Assembly (NCBI GenBank): GCA_016874675.1
Contig: VGTL01000007.1
Coordinates: 41-64,040 of the forward strand
Reading direction: 5' to 3'
Length of the DNA stretch: 64,000 nucleotides
Origin: Methanobacteriota archaeon
Lineage (GTDB): Archaea; Thermoplasmatota; DTKX01; VGTL01
The position numbers and the translations under genes are program-made. How positions within the stretch are numbered: the first letter of the stretch is position 1; every line of letters begins with the position of its first letter. The notes under the pieces are model-generated. The model made no database searches and was not told the DNA's origin. It saw only the letters and a program-made list of their open reading frames with translations. This document shows positions 9,600 to 19,018 of the stretch, in pieces.

Positions 9600-9989
9600 A
9601 TGGTCCAGGGAAATCTGCCCGTGAAGCGGATGGTGCTGTACAAGCACGGCGTGGGGTTCATAGAGCGCGGCGGGGCCTGCGAGGGCGGCCTCGTCAAGCT
9701 GAGCTTCAAGCGCGACGAGATGGACGACGTCCTCAGGAGCCTCTCGGTGTTCGTCAGGGGCAAGGGCCAGGTGACGGGCGTGTCGTACGAGACGGCCGAC
9801 GACATCTCCAAGCTCCTGGCCGAGAAGGCCATCAATGTCCCGGACAAGGAGGCGATGGTGGGGCTCCTGCGCGCGCTCCGGGGCTACCGCGTTAGGCTCT
9901 GGGTGCCGGGGGAGCAGGCCGAGGGGAAGGTGGTCGGCACGGAGGAGGTGCCCCAGATGGACCGCTGGGCCAGGAGTCCGGCCAGATAG
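9600..9989 (+). pseudogene. N-terminal fragment of a DUF4139-like protein, probably truncated
   Basis: LPVKRMVLYKHGVGFIER...MDDVLRSL resembles the N-terminus of much longer proteins; it stops at 129 aa. Confidence 0.55.
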
Positions 9990-10099
9990 TCCAGGAGCAG
10001 GACCGGTTGCGCAAGAACCTGGGGGCGCTGGGCCCGAGCCAGCAGGAGGCGGGCATGCGGGGAAAGTATGTCTCCAAGCTCGGGGCGTTGGGTTGAGCG

Positions 10100-10174
10100 G
10101 GCAGGGCGCGGGGCGCGGGGCGCGGGGCGCGGGGGGAATGTGAAGGCGCAGGGCGGGAGACGCAAGGGGCAAGG
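10100..10174. repeat. Heptamer repeat, single arm
   Basis: GGGCGCG x4 plus GGCGCAG/GGGCAAGG immediately before ATG 10175. Confidence 0.7.
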
Positions 10175-12118
10175 ATGACCGAGAAGAAGGACATAATCAA
10201 GGAGCTCGGCGAGGGCCAGCTCTTGCTCCCCGGGCTGGTGAACGCGGCGCTGGTCGCCAACGACCGGGTCAAGTACTACTTCACGCTCCTGCAGACGGCG
10301 CGCTCCCGGGCGGAGCACCCCGGGCGGGAGTTCCCCGACCTCAAGGCCGAGCGCGAGACGGCCGGGGTGGACGAAAGCTTCCTGGACAACGTCGTCACCG
10401 GGACCGAGAAGGTCTCCCCGGGCAGGTACCGGCTGCCCTTTTCGTCCGACATATTCGCGGCCGTCCGGGCAGCCATGGAGGACATGGCCCGGCCCGTCCT
10501 GATGCGCGAGGGGGCCGAGACGGACGAGCTCCGCTCCCGGCTGGGCCGGCTCCTGGAAGGGCTCCCCGCCGGCGGGGACGAGCCCGTGCCCGAAGAGCTC
10601 ATAATGAGGCTCACCTCCGCCGACCGCGACGCCGGCGACAGCCTCCACCTGCTCGTGATGGACCTGCACAAGCGCCTCAACGCCCTGCAGGGGGAGCTCT
10701 CCAAGGACGTCATAGACGGCGCCCGCACCTACCTGCTCGAGGAACGGGACCGGGAGCTGGTCCGATCATTCATGTCCGGCGTCAACCGGACCGCCCCGCT
10801 CAAGTTCGAGCACCCCGGCCTGGGCACCACCGCCACGCGGGCGGGCCCAAAGCTCCTGCTCCAAAACGACATCGGCACCACCGACGCCCACGTCCTCGTG
10901 GTCAACATAGAGGACTCCACGGTGTCGATAGTGTACACGGACGTCCACCTGTCCCGGCTGATGTTCCTCCACGGCCTCCTCGAGAAGTACCCGGTCAAGT
11001 GGGAGGACACGCTCTCGAGGAGCGGCGGGGCCCGGTTCGAGTCGGGCATGTACCACCTGTCCGTCGGGCGGTTCACGGCCAAAGACCGCGACGAGCTCAA
11101 GGCGTTCCTCGCCCACTTCGGCTCCCGGCTGGTCTTCCTCATCGACTGGAACCGCGCCCGGAAGCGGTTCCGCAACTTCCTGCGCAAGAAGGACTGCATC
11201 GCCGCCCTGAGGTGGGCCGCCGACAACGATGTCGGCCACATGGGCTTCCTGAAGCTCGGCGGCGAGAAGCTCGTGTACGAGGCGCTGGAGCTTGCCGCCC
11301 GCGTCCCGCTGCGCTACGGCGAGCCGCTCTACCAGATACTCGGGCGCGAGCGCACTCTCGAGTACATACAGTGGGTGCTCAAGACCGCCACCTCGGGGCT
11401 TTTGGCAAACCGGTCGGTCCTCCTCATACAGGACGAGATAAAGGCCGAGCTTTTGCGCTACTTCCGCTCGGCCCACCAGGGCCTCATGGAGATCTGCACC
11501 GAGCACGCCTCCGTGACGACCGAGGTGGCGACCGCGGTGCGCGACTCGCTTCTCGGAGTCCATAGGGGCGGAAGCTCCTCGTTCGTCACGCGGACCGCCA
11601 AGCGGGCCAAGCGCTGGGAGAGCCAGGCCGACGAGCTCGTGAGCAAGGTCCGGGGGCTCTCCAAGCGGGCCGAGTCCGGGCCCTTCTTCATCGCGCTCAT
11701 CACCGCCGCCGACGACGCCCTGGACTACCTCGAGGAGGCCTGCTTCTTCGCCACGCTGGCGCCGTCCGGCCCGGGGTCGAAGGGCATCCACTCCGAGCTG
11801 GTCGGAATGTCCGAGCTAGCGGTCAAATCCAGCCAGGAGTTCCTCAGGGCCCTCCACGCCGCCCAGTTCGTCCAGAAGGGCTGCACCCGCGAGGAGATGC
11901 AGGACTTCCTGGAGCCGGTCGACCGGGTGCTCTCATTGGAGCGGGAATCCGACGAGGCGCTCCGCCGCACCCAGAAGACCATACTCAAGGAGAGCTCCGA
12001 TTTCAAGGAGCTCTCGGTCCAGTTCGAGCTCGCCCGCAGCATCGAGGAGGCCACCAACTCCTTCATGAAGTCCGTCCACATCATGCGCGACTACATACTC
12101 GACATGGTGAACAGGTAG
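10175..12118 (+). CDS. Large phosphate-transport-regulator-like protein with a C-terminal DUF47/PhoU-like helical domain
   Basis: C-terminal WESQADELV...DDALDYLEEA...LERESDEALR...IEEATN pattern. N-terminal KFEHPGLGTTATR and QNDIGTTDAHV. Confidence 0.7.
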   Translation: MTEKKDIIKELGEGQLLLPGLVNAALVANDRVKYYFTLLQTARSRAEHPGREFPDLKAERETAGVDESFLDNVVTGTEKVSPGRYRLPFSSDIFAAVRAAMEDMARPVLMREGAETDELRSRLGRLLEGLPAGGDEPVPEELIMRLTSADRDAGDSLHLLVMDLHKRLNALQGELSKDVIDGARTYLLEERDRELVRSFMSGVNRTAPLKFEHPGLGTTATRAGPKLLLQNDIGTTDAHVLVVNIEDSTVSIVYTDVHLSRLMFLHGLLEKYPVKWEDTLSRSGGARFESGMYHLSVGRFTAKDRDELKAFLAHFGSRLVFLIDWNRARKRFRNFLRKKDCIAALRWAADNDVGHMGFLKLGGEKLVYEALELAARVPLRYGEPLYQILGRERTLEYIQWVLKTATSGLLANRSVLLIQDEIKAELLRYFRSAHQGLMEICTEHASVTTEVATAVRDSLLGVHRGGSSSFVTRTAKRAKRWESQADELVSKVRGLSKRAESGPFFIALITAADDALDYLEEACFFATLAPSGPGSKGIHSELVGMSELAVKSSQEFLRALHAAQFVQKGCTREEMQDFLEPVDRVLSLERESDEALRRTQKTILKESSDFKELSVQFELARSIEEATNSFMKSVHIMRDYILDMVNR

Positions 12119-12127
12119 GCTGGGCCG

Positions 12128-13756
12128 ATGGAGGGCGACCAGAACCGCTTCGCATCGTTTTGGACCGGCTCGGCCGACGCCGTATCGCGGGAGGAGTTCG
12201 GCAACAAGGCGGCCAACCTGGCCGCGATGGTCTCCCTGGGTGTTCCGGTCCCGCCGGGGTTCGCGCTGGGTGTCTCGGTGTGCGAGGACTTCCACCGCGG
12301 CCGGGGCAGGCTCCCGGCCGACGTCCCGGTCCTCCTGGGGAAGGGCATCCAGCTTTTGGAGAAGGCCACCGGCCTGAAGTTCGGCGGCCGCCGCAGGCCC
12401 CTCCTCGTCTCGGTGCGCTCGGGCGCGCCGGTCTCCTTGCCCGGGCTCATGGAGACCATCCTCAATGTCGGGCTCAACCGTGAGACCCTCCAGGGCCTCG
12501 TTTTCATGTCCGGCAACCCGCGCTTTGCACACGACTCCTACCGCAGGCTGGTGGAGGGCTTCGGCACCACGGTCTTCGGCCAGGACCCGCGCCCCTACCG
12601 GACCCTGCTCGCCCGGGCGCAGGAGAGGGAGGAGGTCCCCGACGCCACCGAGCTGGACTGGGCCACGCTCCGCGACCTGGGCTGCGAGTACGAGCGGCTG
12701 TTCCAGGCTTCCGCGGGCACCCGGTTCCCGCAGGAGGCCTTCGAGCAGCTGGGGCTCGCGACGGCCGCGGTGCTCCGCTCCTGGAAGGGCCCGAAGGTGG
12801 AATCCTTCCGCAGGCTGGGGATGCTCAAGGGCGCCCGGGGCACAGCCGTGACTGTCCAGGCGATGGTCTTCGGCAACATGGGGCCGCGCTCGGGGGCCGG
12901 GGTCATGTTCACCCGGGACCCCTCCACCGGGGCGAGCGAGCCCATGCTGGACTTCAAGTTCGGCGTCCAGGGGGAGGACGTCGTCTCGGGCGACGCCTCG
13001 GCCGCGCCGGTCATGCTGGCGGAGGTCCTGCCGGAGGTCCACGCCGAGCTCCTGCGCACGGGCCGCCGGCTGGAGCAGCACTTCGGGGACATGCAGGACC
13101 TCGAGTTCACCGTCCAGGAGGGGAGGCTATACATCCTCCAGAGCCGTGCCGGAAAACGGGCGCCCCTTGCGGCGCTGCGCATCGCGGTCGAGATGGAGCG
13201 GGAGGGCCTGGTGCGGCCCGAGGGGGCGCTCTCGATGCTCGCCGAGGTCGACATCGGCGCCATCCGGGTCCGCCGCCCGGTATCGGAAGGGACCCCCATG
13301 GCCCGGGGGGTGCCCGCCTCGACGGGCGTCGCCTCGGGCTCGGTGGCCCTTTCCCCGGAAAGGGCGAGGAGCTCCGGCGCCTCCCGGCCGGTGATACTGG
13401 TCCGGGAGACGGCCTCGCCGGAGGACCTGCCGGGCCTGGCGGCGTCCGCCGGACTGCTCACGGCCCGCGGGGTTCGGACCTCCCACGCGGCGGTGGTCGC
13501 CCGCCAGCTCGGGAAGGTCTGCATCGTCGACTGCGGGGCGCTCCGGATCGACGTCCAGTCCCGGCGGTGCCGGCTGGGCGAGCGGGACATCCCCGAGGGC
13601 GAGCTCATCACGCTCGACGGCAACACCGGCAACGTCTACCAGGGGAGGATAGAGGTGGTGGAGGAGACCCCGGCCGAGCTCCTGTCGGCGTACCGCTCCT
13701 GGAAGGAGGGGCGGGACCCGCCGCGCGAGGTCAGCGGGTCTTGTCCCCGTGCCTGA
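12128..13756 (+). CDS. PPDK-like protein with ATP-grasp and phosphohistidine domains but no PEP/pyruvate barrel
   Basis: GNKAANL, VPPGF, VSVRSGA, QAMVFGN, QGEDVVSG, DLEFT, TSHAAVVAR; only 542 aa. Confidence 0.88.
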   Translation: MEGDQNRFASFWTGSADAVSREEFGNKAANLAAMVSLGVPVPPGFALGVSVCEDFHRGRGRLPADVPVLLGKGIQLLEKATGLKFGGRRRPLLVSVRSGAPVSLPGLMETILNVGLNRETLQGLVFMSGNPRFAHDSYRRLVEGFGTTVFGQDPRPYRTLLARAQEREEVPDATELDWATLRDLGCEYERLFQASAGTRFPQEAFEQLGLATAAVLRSWKGPKVESFRRLGMLKGARGTAVTVQAMVFGNMGPRSGAGVMFTRDPSTGASEPMLDFKFGVQGEDVVSGDASAAPVMLAEVLPEVHAELLRTGRRLEQHFGDMQDLEFTVQEGRLYILQSRAGKRAPLAALRIAVEMEREGLVRPEGALSMLAEVDIGAIRVRRPVSEGTPMARGVPASTGVASGSVALSPERARSSGASRPVILVRETASPEDLPGLAASAGLLTARGVRTSHAAVVARQLGKVCIVDCGALRIDVQSRRCRLGERDIPEGELITLDGNTGNVYQGRIEVVEETPAELLSAYRSWKEGRDPPREVSGSCPRA

Positions 13757-13907
13757 ACGAGTTGGCGCAGACCGGGGAGCAGAACTGGTGGTCGGCGCCG
13801 TCGACGTGCTTCTTCACCACACCCCCGGGCTTCATAAGCTTCCCGCACTTGTCGCAGGTGACGTCCATGCTGTGGCGCATCTTGCTCATCGAGTCCTTCA
13901 AACCCAT
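13731..13907 (-). CDS. TRASH/YHS-like metal-binding small protein (58 aa, absent from the ORF track)
   Basis: Hand translation MGLKDSMSKMRHSMDVTCDKCGKLMKPGGVVKKHVDGADHQFCSPVCANSFRHGDKTR; TTATAA upstream at ~13944-13949. Confidence 0.8.
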   Translation of the reverse strand: MGLKDSMSKMRHSMDVTCDKCGKLMKPGGVVKKHVDGADHQFCSPVCANSFRHGDKTR

Positions 13908-14024
13908 CCTGTTCCGCCTCCGGGCGTTCCATCCGCTTGCGCCCTTATAAGATTTGCGCGGGGGCGACTCTCAACTCGCGACAGAAGCAATTTAAATCCT
14001 AGTTGCCGCATAGTAATATGAACC

Positions 14025-17000
14025 ATGAGGGGGAAAGGACGCGCGAGGGGTGTCTTGGAAGCGACCCTGCTTATTTCCCTGCTCCTCCCCTGCCTGGTCC
14101 TCCCGGCCGCCCCGACCGCTTCCGCCCGTGAGATCACCATCACCTCGTTCGAGGACGGGCGGACCCGTGCCGAGGTGGCGTTCGGCGCGGCCGGCACCGA
14201 CCTCTCGCTGTCGATATCGATGCAGACCGGGATGCGCACCAGCTGGGCGTTCATCAACATCAGCGGGGCGCCCTACACGGGCGGCGGGAAGGACTGCCCG
14301 CTGTCGCCCTCGCTGGACCTGGGCGCCGACGGCGAGCCCGAGTGGCGCTTCAACGGCACGGGCTACGGGGCGCTGGGCCACCAGTACCTCTTCCCGGACG
14401 GTTCGGCGTCCTTCCAGGCCGTGTTCCCGGCGGCCGGCCTAAATGATTCGATGGCCATCCGCCTGCCGGCGGGCTCCACGATTATCGACGCCTCCTTCGA
14501 CCTCGTTCCCTCGGGCTTCGCGGGCCCGTCCGTGAGCGTCTCGGTGGACGTCGGCACCGACGGCGTTGCCGACTGGAGCAACTCCACCCTTGCCGGCAAG
14601 GCTAGCGTCCCGGGCATCGCTAGCCTCATCGGGAGCTATCTTTCGGACGCGTCGCCCAGCGGTGCCGACCAGTACGGCGTCAGGTACGTCGACGTCCCGG
14701 TGCGCCTCTCCTGCGGGTCGGCCGCCACGCTCTCGGCGACCAACCTCAGCGTCCGCTACGACGTCACGCTCACCACCACCAACCTCGCCCTCAAGCTCCT
14801 GGCCCTCGTGCCCGGCGAGCCGGGCACCGGCAACGTCAGTGTCCCGGTCAGGCTCGCCTCCGGGAGCGCCGGGAGGATAATCATCAAGGACATCGCCCTC
14901 CAGGTGCGGCCGCCGCTCCACGCGCCCGACCTCCTCGACCCCGACCCGCCCCTCTCCCCGGAGCTGTTCATCGACGAGAACCGGAGCGCCCGGTTCAGCG
15001 TGAGGGTACAGGACATCTACGGGGACCCGGTCACCCTGCAGTGGTTCCTGGACCTCGTGCCCGTCCCGGGGGAGACCGGGACCTCGTTCACGCTTCTCAC
15101 CAATTACAGCTCGGCGGGACGCCACAGCGTCACGGTCACCGCGGCCAACGACCTCTCGGAGGGCTCCCTGACCTGGTGGGTCAACGTGGCGGATGTCAAC
15201 CGGCCGCCGGTGATACGGGGGTTCGCTCCCCACGCGGCGACCGTCGGGGAGGGCTTCCTTCTGAATTTCAGCGTGGACGCCTACGACCCTGACGGGGGCC
15301 AAACCAGCTACGCCTGGTACCTCGACGGCGCCCGGCAGTCCGAGCCTGGCCCCACATGGAGCTACCGGCCCCAGCTGGGCGACGCCGGCTACCACGATGT
15401 GGACCTCACCGTCGGGGACGTCGGGGGCGGTTCGGCCAACCTGTCCTGGAACGTGCTGGTCAAAAAGACCAACGTGGCCCCGACGGTCGTGGACTTCTCG
15501 CCCGCCTCCGACCCGGTGGTGGCCGAGGGCCAGGCGCTCCAGTTCCGCATCGCGGCCTCGGACCCCAACGGGGACCCCCTGACCTACGAGTGGGTCCTCG
15601 ACGGCTACTCGGCGGGCTTCGGGGCCACCTACAACTACACCCCGGACTTCTCGGCGGCGGGGGTCTGGGTGCTCCGGGCGCTCGTCTCCGACGGGGTCTT
15701 CACGGCCGGACGGACCTGGAACATCACGGTCACCGACGTCAACCACGCCCCCGCGGCGAGGATGGACCGGCCCCGGGAGGGCGAAGAGTACCTGGACACG
15801 GACATCATATTGCTTTCCGCCCGGAACTCGACGGACCAGGACCGCGACCCGCTCGCCTTCCGCTGGTACGACGGGGAGACTGCCATCGCCGAGGGGGTGA
15901 CGGCCAACGTGAGCCTCACGCGCGGCCCCCACAGCATCCGCCTGGTCGTGGAGGACGGCAAGGGCGGCAAGGGGGAGCTTGCGGTGAACATAACCGTCCG
16001 CACGGTATCGGCCTCCACGGAGGTGAGCCTTTCCCCCGGGAAGCCCCGCGAGGGCGAGCGCATCCGCATAAAGGTGGTCGTGACCAACGAGGGCGACACC
16101 GCGATGACCAGCGTCCCCCTGGAGCTCCAGATGGACGGCGTGCGGATTGGCGGCCGGACCGTCGCCCGCATCCTCCCCGGCGACAACGCCACCGAGTTCT
16201 TCTTCTGGACCGCCGAGCCCGGCAGGCACGACCTCTCGGTCAGCGTGGGCAACCAGACCTCGGTGCTCTATGTCTCGGTCGCCCCGGGCGTGCCGGCGTT
16301 CTACTTTTGGATCCTGATGGCGCTGGGGGCGGGGCTCATCGCGATGGCGGTCTCGGCGGTGCACTTCTCCATCCAGTGGAGACGGGCCATCCGGGAAGGC
16401 ATAATCGACGAGGGGAAAAGGCGCGGCCGCAGGAAGGACCAGGACCGCGGGAAGGGCCAGGAAGAGCGAAAGCCGCTTGGGTTTTTCAACATCCGGCTGG
16501 GGGCCTCGCCGTACAAGGAGCGGCCCCTCGAGATACAGACCACCATGCCCGAGGACAGGCCTCCCCAGGACAACATCCGGGAGGAGCTGACGCCGGTCCG
16601 GAGGCACTACCTGGCCCGCCAGCCGGCCCCTCCGGGGAAGGGGGGCCCCGCGCCCTCGCCCCGGGGGTCGCCCGTCACGGCGGGCCTGTTCGCCGCCAGG
16701 CGGTCCGAAAGGCCCCTGCCGCCCCCGCCCGAGGCCTCGGACGTCGAGCTGCCCGTGGCCCACCCGGCCCCGCCGGAAAGCAAGCCGTCCGTGCCATCGC
16801 CGCCGCCGAAATCGAAGGCGAAGCTCCCGCCTCCGCCCCCGCCCGGGAAGGGCCCCGCGCCGGAGGAGCCCGGGCGCGCTCCCAAGAAGCGGATGAAGGC
16901 CGTGGAGGACCGCCTGCACGACCTGGAGGGCCGGGGCATGGACATCGCCGCGCCCCGCCGGTTCGCGAGCCTGGCCGCCTCGTTCTTCAAGGGCGGCAAC

Positions 17001-17165
17001 GTGGCCAAGGCCGACCAGTACCTCGCCAAGGCCGAGGCGAAGCTGGACGAGCTGGAGAAGGAGGCCCGACCGGCGAAGGCGGAGGGGCCCACCTGCCGCA
17101 AGTGCGGGGCCGAGGTCGACCCGGCCTGGATCGTGTGCCCGGAGTGCGAGGCGATGCTGAAATGA
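14025..17165 (+). CDS. Surface protein: Ig/PKD-like repeats + CARDB, TM, Pro-rich cytoplasmic tail and C-terminal Zn ribbon
   Basis: Signal peptide, N.PP/D.DGD repeats, TM FYFWILMALG, terminal CRKC...CPEC. Confidence 0.85.
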   Translation: MRGKGRARGVLEATLLISLLLPCLVLPAAPTASAREITITSFEDGRTRAEVAFGAAGTDLSLSISMQTGMRTSWAFINISGAPYTGGGKDCPLSPSLDLGADGEPEWRFNGTGYGALGHQYLFPDGSASFQAVFPAAGLNDSMAIRLPAGSTIIDASFDLVPSGFAGPSVSVSVDVGTDGVADWSNSTLAGKASVPGIASLIGSYLSDASPSGADQYGVRYVDVPVRLSCGSAATLSATNLSVRYDVTLTTTNLALKLLALVPGEPGTGNVSVPVRLASGSAGRIIIKDIALQVRPPLHAPDLLDPDPPLSPELFIDENRSARFSVRVQDIYGDPVTLQWFLDLVPVPGETGTSFTLLTNYSSAGRHSVTVTAANDLSEGSLTWWVNVADVNRPPVIRGFAPHAATVGEGFLLNFSVDAYDPDGGQTSYAWYLDGARQSEPGPTWSYRPQLGDAGYHDVDLTVGDVGGGSANLSWNVLVKKTNVAPTVVDFSPASDPVVAEGQALQFRIAASDPNGDPLTYEWVLDGYSAGFGATYNYTPDFSAAGVWVLRALVSDGVFTAGRTWNITVTDVNHAPAARMDRPREGEEYLDTDIILLSARNSTDQDRDPLAFRWYDGETAIAEGVTANVSLTRGPHSIRLVVEDGKGGKGELAVNITVRTVSASTEVSLSPGKPREGERIRIKVVVTNEGDTAMTSVPLELQMDGVRIGGRTVARILPGDNATEFFFWTAEPGRHDLSVSVGNQTSVLYVSVAPGVPAFYFWILMALGAGLIAMAVSAVHFSIQWRRAIREGIIDEGKRRGRRKDQDRGKGQEERKPLGFFNIRLGASPYKERPLEIQTTMPEDRPPQDNIREELTPVRRHYLARQPAPPGKGGPAPSPRGSPVTAGLFAARRSERPLPPPPEASDVELPVAHPAPPESKPSVPSPPPKSKAKLPPPPPPGKGPAPEEPGRAPKKRMKAVEDRLHDLEGRGMDIAAPRRFASLAASFFKGGNVAKADQYLAKAEAKLDELEKEARPAKAEGPTCRKCGAEVDPAWIVCPECEAMLK

Positions 17166-17295
17166 GGGCGCAAGGCGCAGGGCGCAAGGGAAGGCACGAG
17201 GGGCAAGGGTCAAGGATGAGCGAGGCAAACGGTCCGTAGATCCCCTTGACCCTTGCGCCTTGTCCCGTGCGCCTCAAGCCCTGCGCCTTGCGCCT
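17166..17295. repeat. Heptamer inverted repeat between convergent genes
   Basis: GGCGCAA/GGCGCAG arm ending GGGTCAAGG, spacer, CCTTGACCC...CTTGCGCC arm. Confidence 0.85.
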
Positions 17296-18002
17296 TACTG
17301 GATGTACCGCCCCACCTTCTCCTGCCTCTGGGCCCGCAGGTTCTCGAGCTCCTCCTCGAAGGAGCGCGTGTCCTCCGAACTGATGAACTCGCCCATCGAG
17401 CGCGAGAGGCAGTCGATGCGCCCGATGGTCTCCGAGAAGTCGTTGAACGCCTCGTTCACGCGGCGGTCGACCTCGCGCATGGTGGAGACGGTGGCGAGGA
17501 CGGAGGCGTAGCCCTCGAGGGCGTTCGCGAACAGGGTGTTCTCCTGCCTGACGAGCCGGAGGAGCTCGGAGGGCCTTCGCCGGGCGGCCTCCATCCTCCC
17601 GCCCAGGACCGAAAGAAGCCTGCGGCCCGCGGCGAGCTCCCTTGTGCAGTCGTCGGTCGCGGCCGCGCAGCGGTCCCTGAACTCCGCGTAGCGGGTGCGG
17701 AGGCCCTCGAACGCGCCCTCCAGCGACGAGTGGACGTTGCTCAGCGAGTTGTGCATCTCCACAAGACGCGGGACGACGGTCTCGGCGCCCCGGCCGCTGC
17801 TTTGGGACATCCGGGCGAGCGCCCCGAGCTGGGTGGCCAGGCTCTCGAGCACCTTCCGGGAGGACTCGAGCCTCCGCTCGAAGTCGTCGATTCCCGCCAG
17901 GAGCTCCCTGGCCTCCCCGGTCGAGACGCCCGCCGGCCGGGCCGGCCGGCCCCCGGCTCCGTCCGCCGCCTTCGCGGCTGCGTTGGGGCGCGCTCCGGGC
18001 AT
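17295..18002 (-). CDS. Coiled-coil hypothetical protein
   Basis: Helical E/L/R-rich 235-aa ORF, 7 nt downstream of ftcD. Confidence 0.65.
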   Translation of the reverse strand: MPGARPNAAAKAADGAGGRPARPAGVSTGEARELLAGIDDFERRLESSRKVLESLATQLGALARMSQSSGRGAETVVPRLVEMHNSLSNVHSSLEGAFEGLRTRYAEFRDRCAAATDDCTRELAAGRRLLSVLGGRMEAARRRPSELLRLVRQENTLFANALEGYASVLATVSTMREVDRRVNEAFNDFSETIGRIDCLSRSMGEFISSEDTRSFEEELENLRAQRQEKVGRYIQ

Positions 18003-18009
18003 CGGCGCC

Positions 18010-18906
18010 TCAGCCCCCGAGGCGCGCCTCGAGCACCTGGTCGGTCGTGAACCCCTGAAGGGAAAGGTAGTGCGCGGCGCAGTCCACCAGAGCCTCCAGC
18101 GGAACGAGCCCCACGACCTCGCTGCGGTGCACCCTCACCCCGGCCCGCCCGGCCTCGGCCCTCACGGCCTCGAAGGCGGCGGCGATGCCGGTCCGCCTGA
18201 AGTCGACCAGGTTCATCGAGACCTGGACCATGCCCTTGCCGGAAAGCTCCAGCCCCAGGGCGCGCACCGCCGGGAGGCCGCCGTCCTTCTCGCGCACCTT
18301 CCTGGCGATGGCCTTGGCGACGTCGAGCCGGTCGGTCTCGAGGTCGACGTTGTAGGCGATGAGGGGCGGGCGCGCCCCGACGATGGTGGCCCCGGCAGTG
18401 GGGTGCATGCGGGGCTCACCGACGTCGGGCCTCCAGGCCGGCTCGGAGATGTTGAGCTTGCGGCCCTCGTACTCGCCCCGCCGGACGTCGGGGAGGCTCC
18501 GGCGCGCCGGCGACAGGGCGGCCTCCTCGTAGAAATAGACGGGGACGCGCAGCCTCTCCCAGAGCTCCCGGCCGGCCTGGCGCGCAAGCTCCACCGTCTC
18601 GGCCATCGTGATGCCAAGGATGGGGACGAAGGGCAGGACGTCCAGGGCGCCCAGGCGCGGGTGCTCCCCCCGGTGCCTCTCCATGTCGATGAGCCCCACG
18701 GCCACCCCGGCCGCGTCGAGGGCGGCGTGCTTGACCGCCGCCGGCTCCCCGACGAACGTGAAGACGGAGCGGTTGTGGTCCCGGTCGTATTCCATGTCCA
18801 GGAGCTTGACGCCCGGCACGGCGCGTATCGCCGAGGCTATCTTCTCGAGCACCTCCGGCCGGCGCCCCTCGCTGAAGTTGGGCACGCACTCGACGAGCTG
18901 GGTCAT
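18010..18906 (-). CDS. ftcD: Glutamate formimidoyltransferase
   Basis: LVECVPNFSEGR, DHNRSV, HPRLGALDVLPFVP, HPTAGA, VQVSMNL. Confidence 0.95.
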   Translation of the reverse strand: MTQLVECVPNFSEGRRPEVLEKIASAIRAVPGVKLLDMEYDRDHNRSVFTFVGEPAAVKHAALDAAGVAVGLIDMERHRGEHPRLGALDVLPFVPILGITMAETVELARQAGRELWERLRVPVYFYEEAALSPARRSLPDVRRGEYEGRKLNISEPAWRPDVGEPRMHPTAGATIVGARPPLIAYNVDLETDRLDVAKAIARKVREKDGGLPAVRALGLELSGKGMVQVSMNLVDFRRTGIAAAFEAVRAEAGRAGVRVHRSEVVGLVPLEALVDCAAHYLSLQGFTTDQVLEARLGG

Positions 18907-18935
18907 GCGTATCGGTGGATGGAACGACGGACGGA

Positions 18936-18943
18936 TTTATAAA
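18936..18943 (-). promoter_or_regulatory. Archaeal TATA box for ftcD (probably leaderless mRNA)
   Basis: TTTATAAA ~30 nt upstream of ATG 18906 in a GC-rich background. Confidence 0.6.
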
Positions 18944-19018
18944 GTTGGTTAGGGGGCCGCGCGTTCAGGTTGGTCGGGGGGACGCCGGGGGAGCTCTGTC
19001 GAGGGGATGTGTCGGGCG

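Noticed and set aside
13636-13932. 98-aa minus-strand ORF from the track
   Set aside because: Wrong frame; the credible product is the TRASH-like protein at 13731-13907.
17295-18002. Gene after ftcD as formiminotetrahydrofolate cyclodeaminase
   Set aside because: It lacks the P(T/A)PGGG motif and is left as a coiled-coil hypothetical protein.
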